Virus record (IMG/VR): IMGVR_UViG_3300020577_007013
Length of the DNA: 64,000 nt
Origin: a virus
Lineage: Duplodnaviria > Caudoviricetes
Direction: 5' to 3' (one strand)
The notes under the pieces were generated by a model, which was not told where the DNA came from, ran no database searches, and saw nothing but the letters and a program-made list of their open reading frames with translations. A program made the position numbers and the translations under genes. Numbering within the stretch: position 1 is the first letter of the stretch; each line of letters starts with the position of its first letter. Shown here piece by piece: positions 50,076 through 60,490 of this stretch.

Positions 50076-52682
50076 ATGGCAAATTTCCGTCAACAGGTCA
50101 TTGAGAGAGATCTCTCTGGTTTTACAACAAACCCCAATGACCAAACTGGTGCATTCGTAATTCGTACTAGAAAAGGTCGTAACAAACCTAGACTCATTGA
50201 TAGTGAGGAAAGCTATCTCCTTTATTTCGGAGTTCCTGACTCTGACTATTGGGGTGGTTTTGAAGCTATTCAGTACGTTCGTCAAGCTCCAGCTTGGATC
50301 GCTTCCCCTTATACAGCAAATGCTAAGTGGGCAGGCATCGACATTAAAGACACCACTGTAACGACTTTCGGTACAAGAACTGGACGGAACTACGATGCTT
50401 GGTCAACAAGCTCTTACACTTCAGTAAAATATAATCTTCCACAATACCTTGCAGGAACAGGTAATGGTACCACTACAATCTTTACCGGTACTATTCCTTC
50501 TATCTCTGCTCCAGACCCAATCGTATCTTCTGCATCCCAACCGATTCAGATCATAAAATCTGGAACAGTCGTAACAGACGACTCTGTAACTCCAGGTACT
50601 CTTGTCGGAAACTCTCAAGTAACTTCCGGTACAGTGAACCTTACTTCAGGAGCTTACACAATCACATTTGCAGGTACAGGTGGTACAGCAGCATCGTATA
50701 CGACTTCAGTAGACTTGCTTAACGTTCCAGCACCTGCAACATCAGGATATCAGGAAGTAGACTTTACAGTAGCTAAAGTTGGATCGGACTCTACTGGACT
50801 TGCTAACACAGCTCAAGTTTATACTGCTTCAATTCTCGTAGACGGTGTAGCAAATCCTATCACTGTTACTGGTTCAGCAGCTCAGACATTCACGACTTTA
50901 GCAACTCAAATTACAGCTGACTTGACAGGTGCAACTGCAACAATTACTGGTGGAAATTTGAGAATAACTTCAGCTTCAACTGGAGCTACTTCAACAATCT
51001 TCATTACAGACACTGACCTTTTCTCTTCACTTACAAACTATTCAGCTCTGTTAACTCCTGTGAATGGTATCAATGCAATTCTTCCTGGAATTGACCTGAC
51101 AATTCATGCTAAACCATTAGCTGCTAATATTACTGTTGATGGTGTAACAGTTCAGAACGTAAACTTCGGAAATACAGATACATCATTTACAAATACCGAC
51201 ATGGTAAACGTAATCAATACAGCATTTGGTACTTCCGTTGCTGCAACTTCTACCGACTTTGTAGTACTCAGTGGTACAATCACAGATGCTGTTTCAGGTA
51301 AGATCATTATCACACCTCCTACAGATACAGTGACTTACAAATCAGCTGTGAATGTGCTGTTCAATTCTTCAGTAGCTTCAACTGCAACTATCTCTGCCTT
51401 CGGTACTTATCCTACTGGTGGTATTCCGAGATACGGTCAGACTTTCTATATCGACTACCTCAAGTCTGCTAACATCAGCGCAACGACTTCACATACATTC
51501 TTTACATATAGCCCGTACACAGATACTGACTATATGCTTGCTGCTAAAGTAACTACACTTGATGTTGCAACTAAGAAGTACCAATTGGAGCTCTTCGATA
51601 AGAAGCCAAACGGTTACATTCCTATCAACACTTATGTGTACTCACTCAATAAAATTAAAGACGGATTTGGTAAGTCACTTTACATCTTTGACATCTTCAA
51701 TGATGATCCTTACCTGATTCCGTTTGTGAACACAGCTTATGCAGGAACTGCTAACATTTCCTTGCCACAAATTGTAGATCTCACAGGTGGATTTAGAGGT
51801 TCAGATCCTGCAACTTCAGACTTCAACTCAGTATGGGATAACTTCCAATTCAATGCAAAATATCCAGTGAAGACATTCATGGATATCTACGGTACTTATG
51901 CTAATAAGATTTTGAGTCTTATTCAGAACTACCAACCCTATGCATTCGGAATCACTGTTGTGCCATTTGGTAATACAGCTTCACAAGCAATTACCTATCG
52001 TTCAACTTTAGGTATCGATGATGCACATCTTTCTCTCTACACAAACTGGTTGAGAATTGAAGATCCTTACAACAACTCCTCTGCTTGGGTATCTGGAGTT
52101 GGTAAGATGGGTGTTAAATACTCTCTCATGGGTAATACATTCGATTCACTGTCTCCTGCTGGTATTGATGAGAACAATCACGGTGGTCAAATCTCTTCTA
52201 TTGGATTCAGAATCCTTGAAGTTGAACATGACTATACTGACAACGAATTGTTCTTACTGGATAATGCACAGATAAATCCATTGGTTGCGAATCCGATCTA
52301 TGGTGTACTTGCAATGGGTGATAGAACTCTTCAAGTTACAAACTCTGATACAAGCTTTATCGGAACACGAAGACTATACAACTACATGATAGACAATATC
52401 ATTAAGCAAGTTCTTAAGAAACAAGAATTCAAGCTCAATGATCCACAACACAGGTTGCTGGCAACGCTCTTAACAAATGAGTTTATTTCACCGATTGTGA
52501 ATAACGGTTACTTAAGAGAAGCTGTAGTTGTTTGTAATGAGTCTAACAACACAAATGAGATTCTGAACCAACGTAAGTTCGTTCTTGATATCTATGTGAA
52601 AGTAACTCCAAACTCACAGGTAAACTTACTGAGACTTACTCGTCTGTCACAAACTCAGACAATAGCTCAGTTCGTAAGTTAA
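50076..52682 (+). CDS. contractile tail sheath protein with large inserted domains
   Basis: ERDLS...KG...FGVP N-terminus; SPAG...G, INP, GDRTLQ, RRL, CNESNNT, DIYVK C-terminus. Confidence 0.92.
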   Translation: MANFRQQVIERDLSGFTTNPNDQTGAFVIRTRKGRNKPRLIDSEESYLLYFGVPDSDYWGGFEAIQYVRQAPAWIASPYTANAKWAGIDIKDTTVTTFGTRTGRNYDAWSTSSYTSVKYNLPQYLAGTGNGTTTIFTGTIPSISAPDPIVSSASQPIQIIKSGTVVTDDSVTPGTLVGNSQVTSGTVNLTSGAYTITFAGTGGTAASYTTSVDLLNVPAPATSGYQEVDFTVAKVGSDSTGLANTAQVYTASILVDGVANPITVTGSAAQTFTTLATQITADLTGATATITGGNLRITSASTGATSTIFITDTDLFSSLTNYSALLTPVNGINAILPGIDLTIHAKPLAANITVDGVTVQNVNFGNTDTSFTNTDMVNVINTAFGTSVAATSTDFVVLSGTITDAVSGKIIITPPTDTVTYKSAVNVLFNSSVASTATISAFGTYPTGGIPRYGQTFYIDYLKSANISATTSHTFFTYSPYTDTDYMLAAKVTTLDVATKKYQLELFDKKPNGYIPINTYVYSLNKIKDGFGKSLYIFDIFNDDPYLIPFVNTAYAGTANISLPQIVDLTGGFRGSDPATSDFNSVWDNFQFNAKYPVKTFMDIYGTYANKILSLIQNYQPYAFGITVVPFGNTASQAITYRSTLGIDDAHLSLYTNWLRIEDPYNNSSAWVSGVGKMGVKYSLMGNTFDSLSPAGIDENNHGGQISSIGFRILEVEHDYTDNELFLLDNAQINPLVANPIYGVLAMGDRTLQVTNSDTSFIGTRRLYNYMIDNIIKQVLKKQEFKLNDPQHRLLATLLTNEFISPIVNNGYLREAVVVCNESNNTNEILNQRKFVLDIYVKVTPNSQVNLLRLTRLSQTQTIAQFVS

Positions 52683-52686
52683 GAAT

Positions 52687-53061
52687 ATGAAAGCCTATAA
52701 ATCAAAGTTCACTGAAGCTCTTACTCCTGAATCGGAGATGGTCAATCTCGATGAGATCGAGCAATTCAAAGACTCTCATCTCCAACTAAAAATTCTCCCC
52801 ATTAAGTTAGCTTCGGGAATAGTCAGCTCTCTGAGAGAAGCTCTTCCTGAATTTAAGTATCTCCCTTCAATTGACTACGTCGATGTTATGGGAAAAATGC
52901 TTATCTCAGACTCAAACTATTTTTTAATCGACTTTCTTCAAGGAATTACTCCTAGAGAATTAGAGATATTCAAAAAGATGGTTGCTAACACAAGATTTAA
53001 AAAAGTGATAGCTCTGGTACCGAGCACAATGAATAGAGGAATAGGAAAAACAAATGATTAA
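52687..53061 (+). CDS. YKSxFxE-motif protein
   Basis: MKAYKSKFTEA. Confidence 0.6.
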   Translation: MKAYKSKFTEALTPESEMVNLDEIEQFKDSHLQLKILPIKLASGIVSSLREALPEFKYLPSIDYVDVMGKMLISDSNYFLIDFLQGITPRELEIFKKMVANTRFKKVIALVPSTMNRGIGKTND

Positions 53062-53377
53062 AATGTACGAATCAATCTTCTCTGAAATGAATGCAGAGCC
53101 AATGGACGAGAAGAAAACCGAGAAGGAAGTCGACCCAGCAGAACAGATTCTGGAGATTCTCTCTTCTAAACAATTTACCAAATGGTATGAAGGTGAGTTT
53201 GCTGAATACAAAGAAGGCGGAGAAGAAGCTCCTTCTAAAGAAGACATTCTTGAAGATATTCGCTCTACCTTCATCACAGAAATAGAAGAAAAAGAAGCTG
53301 AAAAAGCAGAGAAAGAAGAAAAACCTAAGAAAGATAAAGAAGACAAAGAAGACGAACTTGATGAGGACGCTTATTAA
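53054..53377 (+). CDS. acidic YESIFSE-motif protein, paralog of 53457-53693
   Basis: MYESIFSE; shared FxxWY...G...AP..E.ILE.I domain. Confidence 0.6.
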   Translation: MIKMYESIFSEMNAEPMDEKKTEKEVDPAEQILEILSSKQFTKWYEGEFAEYKEGGEEAPSKEDILEDIRSTFITEIEEKEAEKAEKEEKPKKDKEDKEDELDEDAY

Positions 53378-53456
53378 GAATGGCTAAATCCCAAGCACAA
53401 CTTGCTTTGGAAAATGCTCTTAAGGCAATAGCAGACAAACTGAAGGAAAAGAAATA

Positions 53457-53693
53457 ATGGAATCCTATAAAAGTAAATTTACTGAATCTGAAGGTCCTGA
53501 TGAAGCTAATGCAGCTCAAGTGGTATTTGAAAAAGCGAAACCTGAAGTCAAAATAATCTACAATGCTCTATTTTCAGCATCTTTTGAAAACTGGTACAAG
53601 ACTGACTTTGATAAATTTGTCTCAGGAGATCAAGATGCTCCGACTATGGAAGAAATTTTAGAATACATCGAAGACAACATGACAGGTGGTTAA
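53457..53693 (+). CDS. YKSxFxE-motif protein
   Basis: MESYKSKFTES. Confidence 0.6.
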   Translation: MESYKSKFTESEGPDEANAAQVVFEKAKPEVKIIYNALFSASFENWYKTDFDKFVSGDQDAPTMEEILEYIEDNMTGG

Positions 53694-53697
53694 TATA

Positions 53698-53985
53698 ATG
53701 CAAGCTTACAAATCGATATTTTCTGAAAAGAAAAAGAAAGACACTGATGAGAAGGAAGACAAATCCCTCAAGAAGAAAAAGTCTAAAAAGAAAAAACTGA
53801 AAGAAGACACCGACAAAAAGACTATCGTTGCTCATGCTCAAGCAATCAAAGAATTTGCAGAAGAGATCATATCCACAGACGACGATGAATACAGAATGCA
53901 AATGATTGATGAGCTCATAGATGAGGCTGACGAACTCAGAGACCTAATTGAAGAAATTCCTGATGGAGAAGAAAACGAAGAATGA
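53698..53985 (+). CDS. YKSxFxE-motif protein, highly charged
   Basis: MQAYKSIFSE from ATG 53698. Confidence 0.6.
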   Translation: MQAYKSIFSEKKKKDTDEKEDKSLKKKKSKKKKLKEDTDKKTIVAHAQAIKEFAEEIISTDDDEYRMQMIDELIDEADELRDLIEEIPDGEENEE

Positions 53986-54323
53986 CTCCTTATAAGTCAC
54001 TTTTTCAAGAGTCTCGATATACTCGTCTTGCTCAGACAGATGAACAAGAAGATGCAATTTACAAAATTGTAAAGTGGCTTAAAAAATTAGGAAAAGTAAT
54101 AGTGGGTGCTACCACTATAGGAAAAAATCCACAAACTGTTATTTTAGACCTCACTTATCAAGGTGGGGAAATTAGAATTAGAGCTGAAGATGATGGAGAA
54201 TATCCATTCATCAAAGTGAACAACAAAGAAATCAACAACTTCCAGGATCTGAAAGATGCTCTAGGAATGTCTGATTCAAAAGTTGAAGATGAGGATTTGG
54301 AAGAGGATTTTAGATCACAATAA
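53982..54323 (+). CDS. YKSxFxE-motif protein
   Basis: MTPYKSLFQES. Confidence 0.6.
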   Translation: MTPYKSLFQESRYTRLAQTDEQEDAIYKIVKWLKKLGKVIVGATTIGKNPQTVILDLTYQGGEIRIRAEDDGEYPFIKVNNKEINNFQDLKDALGMSDSKVEDEDLEEDFRSQ

Positions 54324-54333
54324 GGAACGGAAC

Positions 54334-54699
54334 ATGACAGACAGACTGAAACAAATCGTAGAAAAATACACCCTTAAAGAAACCGACGGGTTCGAAGGTA
54401 AAAAAGACAAAGAAACCAACGTCGAAGAAGATCTTCGTAAGAATTACGAGACCAGCAAAATGGTTCCTTACCAATCAGTAATCGCTGAAGGTAAGATAAT
54501 TGTCTCTAAGAAAAAGAAAATAAAAGAAGGCAATGGTATCGGATCAGCTGAAGATTGTATCAATGAAATTAAGAAAGTCGGTAATAGCATCGGTAATACC
54601 GATTATGAGTCTTTTTCGGATGAAGAGAAATCAGAGATTTATGATGCTTTAACATTTCTTGAGTCAGAAATCAAAAATTGTAAGAATAGACTCTATTAA
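54334..54699 (+). CDS. hypothetical protein with internal MVPYQSVIAE motif
   Basis: ATG 54334 with a purine-rich SD-like sequence upstream. Confidence 0.55.
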   Translation: MTDRLKQIVEKYTLKETDGFEGKKDKETNVEEDLRKNYETSKMVPYQSVIAEGKIIVSKKKKIKEGNGIGSAEDCINEIKKVGNSIGNTDYESFSDEEKSEIYDALTFLESEIKNCKNRLY

Positions 54700-54720
54700 A
54701 AAGAAAGAGACTAATACAAC

Positions 54721-55281
54721 ATGGCAGTAGATCTAAACCTCAATCAACTCATGGCTCTGGGTAATGACCAGATCATGTCACAATTCATTATCCGTTTTCC
54801 TAATGGAATTCCTGGATCAACTGTCAATCCTAAACTCTTGTCTCTCAGGATGGACCAAGCATTTGAGATTCCAGAGAAGACAATTGGTACCTATGAACTT
54901 CACTTTCAAGGTCTGAAGGTAGTCAAAAACTCAGTCACTGATGGTACTGAGAAAAAATTTAATATCTCATTCAGACTCGACGGCAACTGGCAAGTATGGG
55001 ATGCTCTCGAAGCTTGGTATGACAAAACCTTTGATGATATCTTAGGTGTAAGTTCTCCTGAACCGGATGTCTCAACTACTATGACAGTTGACTTTTATGC
55101 TAATAAGAATGTCTCAATCAAGACATTTACTTTTACTGGTGTAAGAATCTTTGCACTCAAACCAGGTGGTACAGATCCTGCATCTGGAGAACCTATGCGT
55201 TGTGAAGCACAGTTCCTCTACCATAAGAGAACTTCAACTACAAACTCATCTGGCGCTGGTCCAAACCCAGTTCTTCCATAA
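54721..55281 (+). CDS. tail tube protein
   Basis: 186 aa, gp19-like pattern (IPEKTIG...FQG...VWDALEAWY...FTFTG); near the sheath gene. Confidence 0.75.
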   Translation: MAVDLNLNQLMALGNDQIMSQFIIRFPNGIPGSTVNPKLLSLRMDQAFEIPEKTIGTYELHFQGLKVVKNSVTDGTEKKFNISFRLDGNWQVWDALEAWYDKTFDDILGVSSPEPDVSTTMTVDFYANKNVSIKTFTFTGVRIFALKPGGTDPASGEPMRCEAQFLYHKRTSTTNSSGAGPNPVLP

Positions 55282-55288
55282 TCTAACC

Positions 55289-55915
55289 ATGAACTTTAGG
55301 AGACTTTGTTTCCTTCTGTTCATAGTCGGTTGCACCAATAGGGATACATACAAGTATCTGAACAAGACTGACGATCCTACAGTTACCTCCTACGATTTCA
55401 CTCCAGGAAATATAGACAATTATGGTCATAATGGTGTCACAGTTGTAGAAGGAAATAAGTATGAGTTCTCCATTCAATGCAATGGGAAAGACTCCTATAT
55501 AAGAATTCCTTATTCAGATTCTCTTCCTGAAGGTTCATTTGAAGCTTATGTCTATATGGATGAGCCTAGACCTTTGTCAGGAATCATACACAAAGAGTCT
55601 CATAGTCTGAAGCTAAATGAAGACGATAAAATGGAACATGAAGATGATGACGATTCTGCTGAAGACAAAGACAAATTTCCAGAAAAGAAATGGGTTCATG
55701 TGGTTTCAACTTGGAATGCACAAACAGTGAGTCTCTACTACAACGGTGTCTTAGTCATTTCAGTCTCTAGAAAAGATAACAAAGAAATTCAAAGCTCCTT
55801 TATTTTTATCTGCTCAACTGGAAAGATCAACTCATCTTGGTCGGGAAAAATGGAAGGAATTAAAGTCCATAAAAAATGTTTGTCGTCAGACGAAGTTCAT
55901 GAGAGGTCTAAATGA
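55289..55915 (+). CDS. lipoprotein with LamG/concanavalin A-like domain
   Basis: lipobox FIVGC from ATG 55289; KWVHVVSTWN...LYYNG, WSGKMEGIKV. Confidence 0.7.
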   Translation: MNFRRLCFLLFIVGCTNRDTYKYLNKTDDPTVTSYDFTPGNIDNYGHNGVTVVEGNKYEFSIQCNGKDSYIRIPYSDSLPEGSFEAYVYMDEPRPLSGIIHKESHSLKLNEDDKMEHEDDDDSAEDKDKFPEKKWVHVVSTWNAQTVSLYYNGVLVISVSRKDNKEIQSSFIFICSTGKINSSWSGKMEGIKVHKKCLSSDEVHERSK

Positions 55916-56382
55916 AAAAGATTCTTTTATTCGTTGCTTGCTTACTTTCTATGAATGCCGCAAAGCCTACAACTGACTATTCCATTGGAGCTTCTAACAA
56001 TCTCTATATTCCTACAGGAAAGTTTACTGAAGTAATGAACCTAGCTTATGTCGGATGCTTTCAAGGTATGTTCGTTTTTAGTAGAGTCTATCTCAAGCCC
56101 GAGCTCTGTAGTGGAGTGCTAGTTGGGAAGTTCGACAAGAACGCTTTCCTTTATGAAACGAACCCTATTATCGGACTCACTCACAAGAATTTCTTCTTTG
56201 GTGTAGGACCTTCTTTCAATTTTACTCAGAATATTTATACGACTGGAATCAAGTCAGAGATTATGTATGCAATTCCTTTTAATCAGTCTCGACTAATGTT
56301 AGGAATAACAGATTCAGTCTATTTTGAAAGTTATATTCTCAATATGCTGGGATTCTCAGCTAGTGTAATGCTAAAAATTTAG
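55912..56382 (+). CDS. secreted beta-barrel-like protein
   Basis: signal peptide followed by amphipathic beta strands. Confidence 0.5.
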   Translation: MKKILLFVACLLSMNAAKPTTDYSIGASNNLYIPTGKFTEVMNLAYVGCFQGMFVFSRVYLKPELCSGVLVGKFDKNAFLYETNPIIGLTHKNFFFGVGPSFNFTQNIYTTGIKSEIMYAIPFNQSRLMLGITDSVYFESYILNMLGFSASVMLKI

Positions 56383-58761
56383 ATAGAACCCTGTAGCTTT
56401 ACCTCTTCCTCTTTCGATTTCCTCATATAATGTCTGTCCTGTCTTAGTGATCTCTTCTAGAAATTTACGATGAGAAGCTTTTCTCTCTCGAATAACTTCG
56501 AACTCAGCTTTCAGAAATTCTATTAATTCCGATTCTTCCAAATTGAGTCCTTAAATTCTTCGAGATCTTTTTCAGCTTGACGTTTTTCTGCTTGAAGCTT
56601 TTCAGTTTGTTCTTTAAGATATTGTTTGAGAGCTATCATCTCTCTAGTTTTCTCTTTGTCTTCTAAAGCAATCCCTAGGTCTTCATTGTAGAGCTGAGCT
56701 CTTAAATACTGATTCTCTTTTTCAAGATGAAGAATTTTTCCCTTGAGTTGAAGTATCTCTGTTAGCTCTTCCATAGAACTCCTCATATTTTTTAATGAAT
56801 TCGATCTCTATCTGATCATCGTCAGGTCTATTGGCAATGTCTTCCTTAAGATTTTTGATCTCTTCTAGTAGAATTCCGATATACTGATATGCATTGTCTT
56901 TGAGTTGTTTTTCTGCATTAATCATGTCACACACTAGAAAGTCTCTCGGTTGTATAGGACTTGCTTTTTTCCAAAGTTCAGAGATTTCTGTCGTTGTCAT
57001 AGACGCTCCACAAAAGTATGGTAATAAATAAGATTAGTAAGAACCATTCCAATTTAGACTTTCATTGACTCAATTATCTTGAGTAGTTCTTTCTTGACTA
57101 CAATTTTCCAAGCTTGTCTGACAATCGACTTAGCTTCATTTCTAACCCTAAAAGCATCTTCGACATTTCGTCTCTCTCTGTCAGCTAACTGTTTTACAGT
57201 CATAAGGACTCCAAAAGATCGAGAAGTCTTTTTCTCATAATAATCTGCCAGTTATAATAGCATCTGATTCTCTCATAGTCAATAGAGTATCCACCACTAT
57301 AAGTCTCATTTACATGAGTTCCTGGAAGTTGAAAGCCTCTTAACAATGTCTTCCTATGATATAGATAAGAGTTCCTACAAGTAAAAGTAGTACAATAAAG
57401 GATGGGTTCTTCATATTTCAGTTACCTTCTTCAAATAAAGTTTTTTAACAGATGAGGTCTTGATTGTATGGTCTTCATAAATTCTAGTGAGTCCTTTCTC
57501 TTTAATGGGCTCTATCCAAATACCACCGATTCTTTCTCTCTCTTCTTTGTTTGGAAGAGTGCCCATTCTAATTTCGTCATATCCCATGTACAAATATAGA
57601 TTCTTTTCATAGTCAACCACTTTTAGGTTACCATCACGTTGAGTCTCTGGAACGAAGTATCCTCTTAAAAGAAGCTCTGAATAAAAGTCTTTGTCATTCA
57701 AGATATGAACCACATCTTTTTGATCAACCATAACATCGCAAAGGAAATAACTGAACTGATCTTCGAATTCATCTCCTTCGTGACAATGAGTAAGAAGAAT
57801 GGACTTGACATAATTAATCACTTCTAGATGAATTTTCTTAGGGTCTAATTGACCTTTCCCAATATACCCCTGAATTAATTTAGGAAGGTCATGAACATAG
57901 AAAAAGCTTTTATCAACTATCATCTATCTGACCTAGGAAACAATGCGTTGAAGTAAGCATAAGAAGCCTGTTTATTGATCTTCTTTTTGGCAGGACTATT
58001 GAAAAACTTCTTTAAGTCAGTCTCAGCTCCTGACTCCACCAATTCTTCGAAACAGTTCTCACAAATATATCCATACTCATCATGTAGCCTATCACACATA
58101 ATATGTGGACAGTCTTTTCTATTGCAAGCTAAGACACTCATCTGTGTATGCAGGAAATAGTCAACATGAAAGTAAAAAATCCTGTTAAGATGACTGCAGT
58201 GACAATTGATCCGACATAATCGAATTTTTTAGCAGACTCAAATGCTAACAAATGCTTCACATCATTTTGAATATCATAGGCAATCGAAATGTGGTCATTC
58301 AATTTTTCCTGTCCTTTTTGGTCTAGTGTCTCTACAGTAGCCAACTTATTCTGGAGTTCAGTCAGCTTTACATTCATTTCCCACAATTTCTTTCTATTCA
58401 TTTCTGTTCTTCCTTATAACCATGTTCTAAGAATGCTCTGATCAGACATTTTTTCATGTCATCTTCTTTGATTTGGCAAAGTACGAATGACTCACAGACT
58501 TTCTGAGGAATCTTTGACAGATGTCGCTTTTCATAGCAGACGTCTCTTGCCATTATTTGGTCTTGGAGTTTGTCGACTGTAAAAAATAAATAGCCGATAG
58601 CACCTAGACAAGAGAATAGTAAGAATGTAACTGCATATAATTTTCTACGTAAGCTTTTCTCTATCATTTTCCTTTCCTATCGAGTAAGAGACCTAAGACC
58701 ACCACTACCCCAATCCCTATTGCAAAAACAAGAAATGCATACATGCAGACTTCAAATGTGG

Positions 58762-59028
58762 TCATAATTGCTCCACATACTTTTTAGCATCTGATAAAGA
58801 CCATTCAGTGATCTCTCTTACGAGTTTGATTGCTTCTACCCATTTTCCCTCAAATTTCATTCGTCTAAGAAGTTCTAAGTCAGTCTTATACAAATTTCTA
58901 GGAAAAGGTCCTTTCGGCTTTTTCTCTTTTTTAGGAGGCTTTCTATATTTGTCAATGACTTCTCTCAGTCTGTCCATTTTTTCAAAGACAGCTTCAGCTG
59001 CTTCTAAAAGCTCATCATCTTTTTTCAT
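58762..59028 (-). CDS. ribosomal L7/L12 C-terminal-like domain protein
   Basis: KWVEAIKLVREITEWSLSDAKKYVE matches the L7/L12 CTD-like signature. Confidence 0.6.
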   Translation of the reverse strand: MKKDDELLEAAEAVFEKMDRLREVIDKYRKPPKKEKKPKGPFPRNLYKTDLELLRRMKFEGKWVEAIKLVREITEWSLSDAKKYVEQL

Positions 59029-59029
59029 A

Positions 59030-59290
59030 TTACCTCTTTATCATTGCATTCAAACGTGAAGCTTGTTTTCCAATTTCAGTGACAGCTTCATTACTATATC
59101 GTCTCTGAAGAATAGGGGTTCTTATAAGTAAAGCGTCTCTTCCAATGTGACCCGTCTCACAGTCTGAGGAACTGCTTCGAACCTCATAGAAGACTATGAT
59201 CCCATTAGAAGTGACTTCATAAAGGCAAGAGTAGTTAGACTCTCCACAGTTTATGAGAAACAGAAGGATAGTAAAGCAGAAGATTCTCAT
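59030..59290 (-). CDS. putative lipoprotein
   Basis: MRIFCFTILLFLINC: hydrophobic stretch ending in Cys. Confidence 0.5.
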   Translation of the reverse strand: MRIFCFTILLFLINCGESNYSCLYEVTSNGIIVFYEVRSSSSDCETGHIGRDALLIRTPILQRRYSNEAVTEIGKQASRLNAMIKR

Positions 59291-59541
59291 AATGTTTTCT
59301 CCAAAGAACTTTCGAATTCAATCATAATCGCATTCTTGATCATAGGCTTTAGACTTTCGTTATCAAAGAGTGCTGTGAGATCTTCGTTTCCATCGGTCAC
59401 TGTATGATCAAATGAGAAGGAATTCGTTTTTGTCGTCTTCCCATCTTCGATTTTCTTGATTGTAACTTCGTATCTCATCTACTTATTTATAATACAGCAT
59501 AGGGCATGAAGTCGAAATCTCTCGCAAATAACTAATCACCA

Positions 59542-60357
59542 ATGGCCATCGATTTTAATGCTGGATCTAAGGAGCTTCGTAAATCTACGATACTTCCAGT
59601 TTTGGAGTATCTTCAAAAAGTAAGTCTCCAACACAAGTGTAAATTCGAATTCCTCATCACTCGAAATCCTCTCGATGATATAGACAAAAGTCAAGATGTT
59701 CTTTCGAATGTTGTGGACGTCGCTCTCTCTGTTGCCGGAACTGCTGCTGATGTTCTCATCACTAAGTTCTTTCTACAGTCGATTAACTTTCCTTCAGAAG
59801 CTTCATTAGAGTATGAGCGACTTAATGGTAATAAATATGTCAAGAGCATTGTCTATCCAGAAACTGTCAAGCTACAATTCTTAGAAACTGAAGACGGTAT
59901 CGTTAGAAGATACTTAACAGAATGGTTTCGTAAAATCTTTGTACCAGTTCCTAAAGATGGTCCGATCAACTCAAAAGGACTTGGACTTGGTGCTGTAATT
60001 GGTGCAGCTGCTGGTGGAGTAGTAGGTGGTTTAGGTGGAAATGCTGGAAGTGGTGCTGCTGGATTTGTAGGTGGTGCTGCTCTAGGTGGAGCGTTAGGAT
60101 CGACTCTAGGTATGGGAGTTCCTGAAGCTAAAGCTGGATCGTATGTATTCAAAGACAATCAAGAAGCTGCTAAACGAACAGGAATGCTTCTTATGTATCC
60201 TAAAGATGGTTCATTTCCTCTCTATCCTCGTATCATGTTTTACGGTCTCTCTATCATGTCAATTGGAGACTATACTGTAGACCAAAAAGATGAAGCTCCT
60301 CTTATGTATGATGTGGAATTCTCTGTAGATGAGATCAAAATTCCTCAGATATTCTAG
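59542..60357 (+). CDS. tail tube-like/baseplate-tube protein with Gly-rich insertion
   Basis: tube fold pattern (QSINFP...VKLQFLETE...YLTEW...DVEFSVDE); ACTAA upstream. Confidence 0.6.
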   Translation: MAIDFNAGSKELRKSTILPVLEYLQKVSLQHKCKFEFLITRNPLDDIDKSQDVLSNVVDVALSVAGTAADVLITKFFLQSINFPSEASLEYERLNGNKYVKSIVYPETVKLQFLETEDGIVRRYLTEWFRKIFVPVPKDGPINSKGLGLGAVIGAAAGGVVGGLGGNAGSGAAGFVGGAALGGALGSTLGMGVPEAKAGSYVFKDNQEAAKRTGMLLMYPKDGSFPLYPRIMFYGLSIMSIGDYTVDQKDEAPLMYDVEFSVDEIKIPQIF

Positions 60358-60490
60358 TCTCTTATGTCTTTTATCATTGACTCCGTTTGAGTACTCACCT
60401 AAAAAAGTAAATAGAAGTGGAAGCTTTCCTATGCCGCTATGTGTTGAGAATGATTTCTGGTGTTTTAAGAGAATAATTTGACTAACTCAC

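Larger units (their letters stand above)
56523..59478 (-). other. island of small minus-strand accessory ORFs (e.g. 56523-56786, 56722-57000, 57411-57923, 57920-58141, 58138-58401, 58398-58667, 58762-59028, 59287-59478)
   Basis: tightly packed, overlapping short ORFs antisense to the structural genes. Confidence 0.6.

Noticed and set aside
50400-51500. Large S/T/G-rich insertion in the tail sheath as a novelty
   Set aside because: Inserted surface domains are common in sheaths of large myophages
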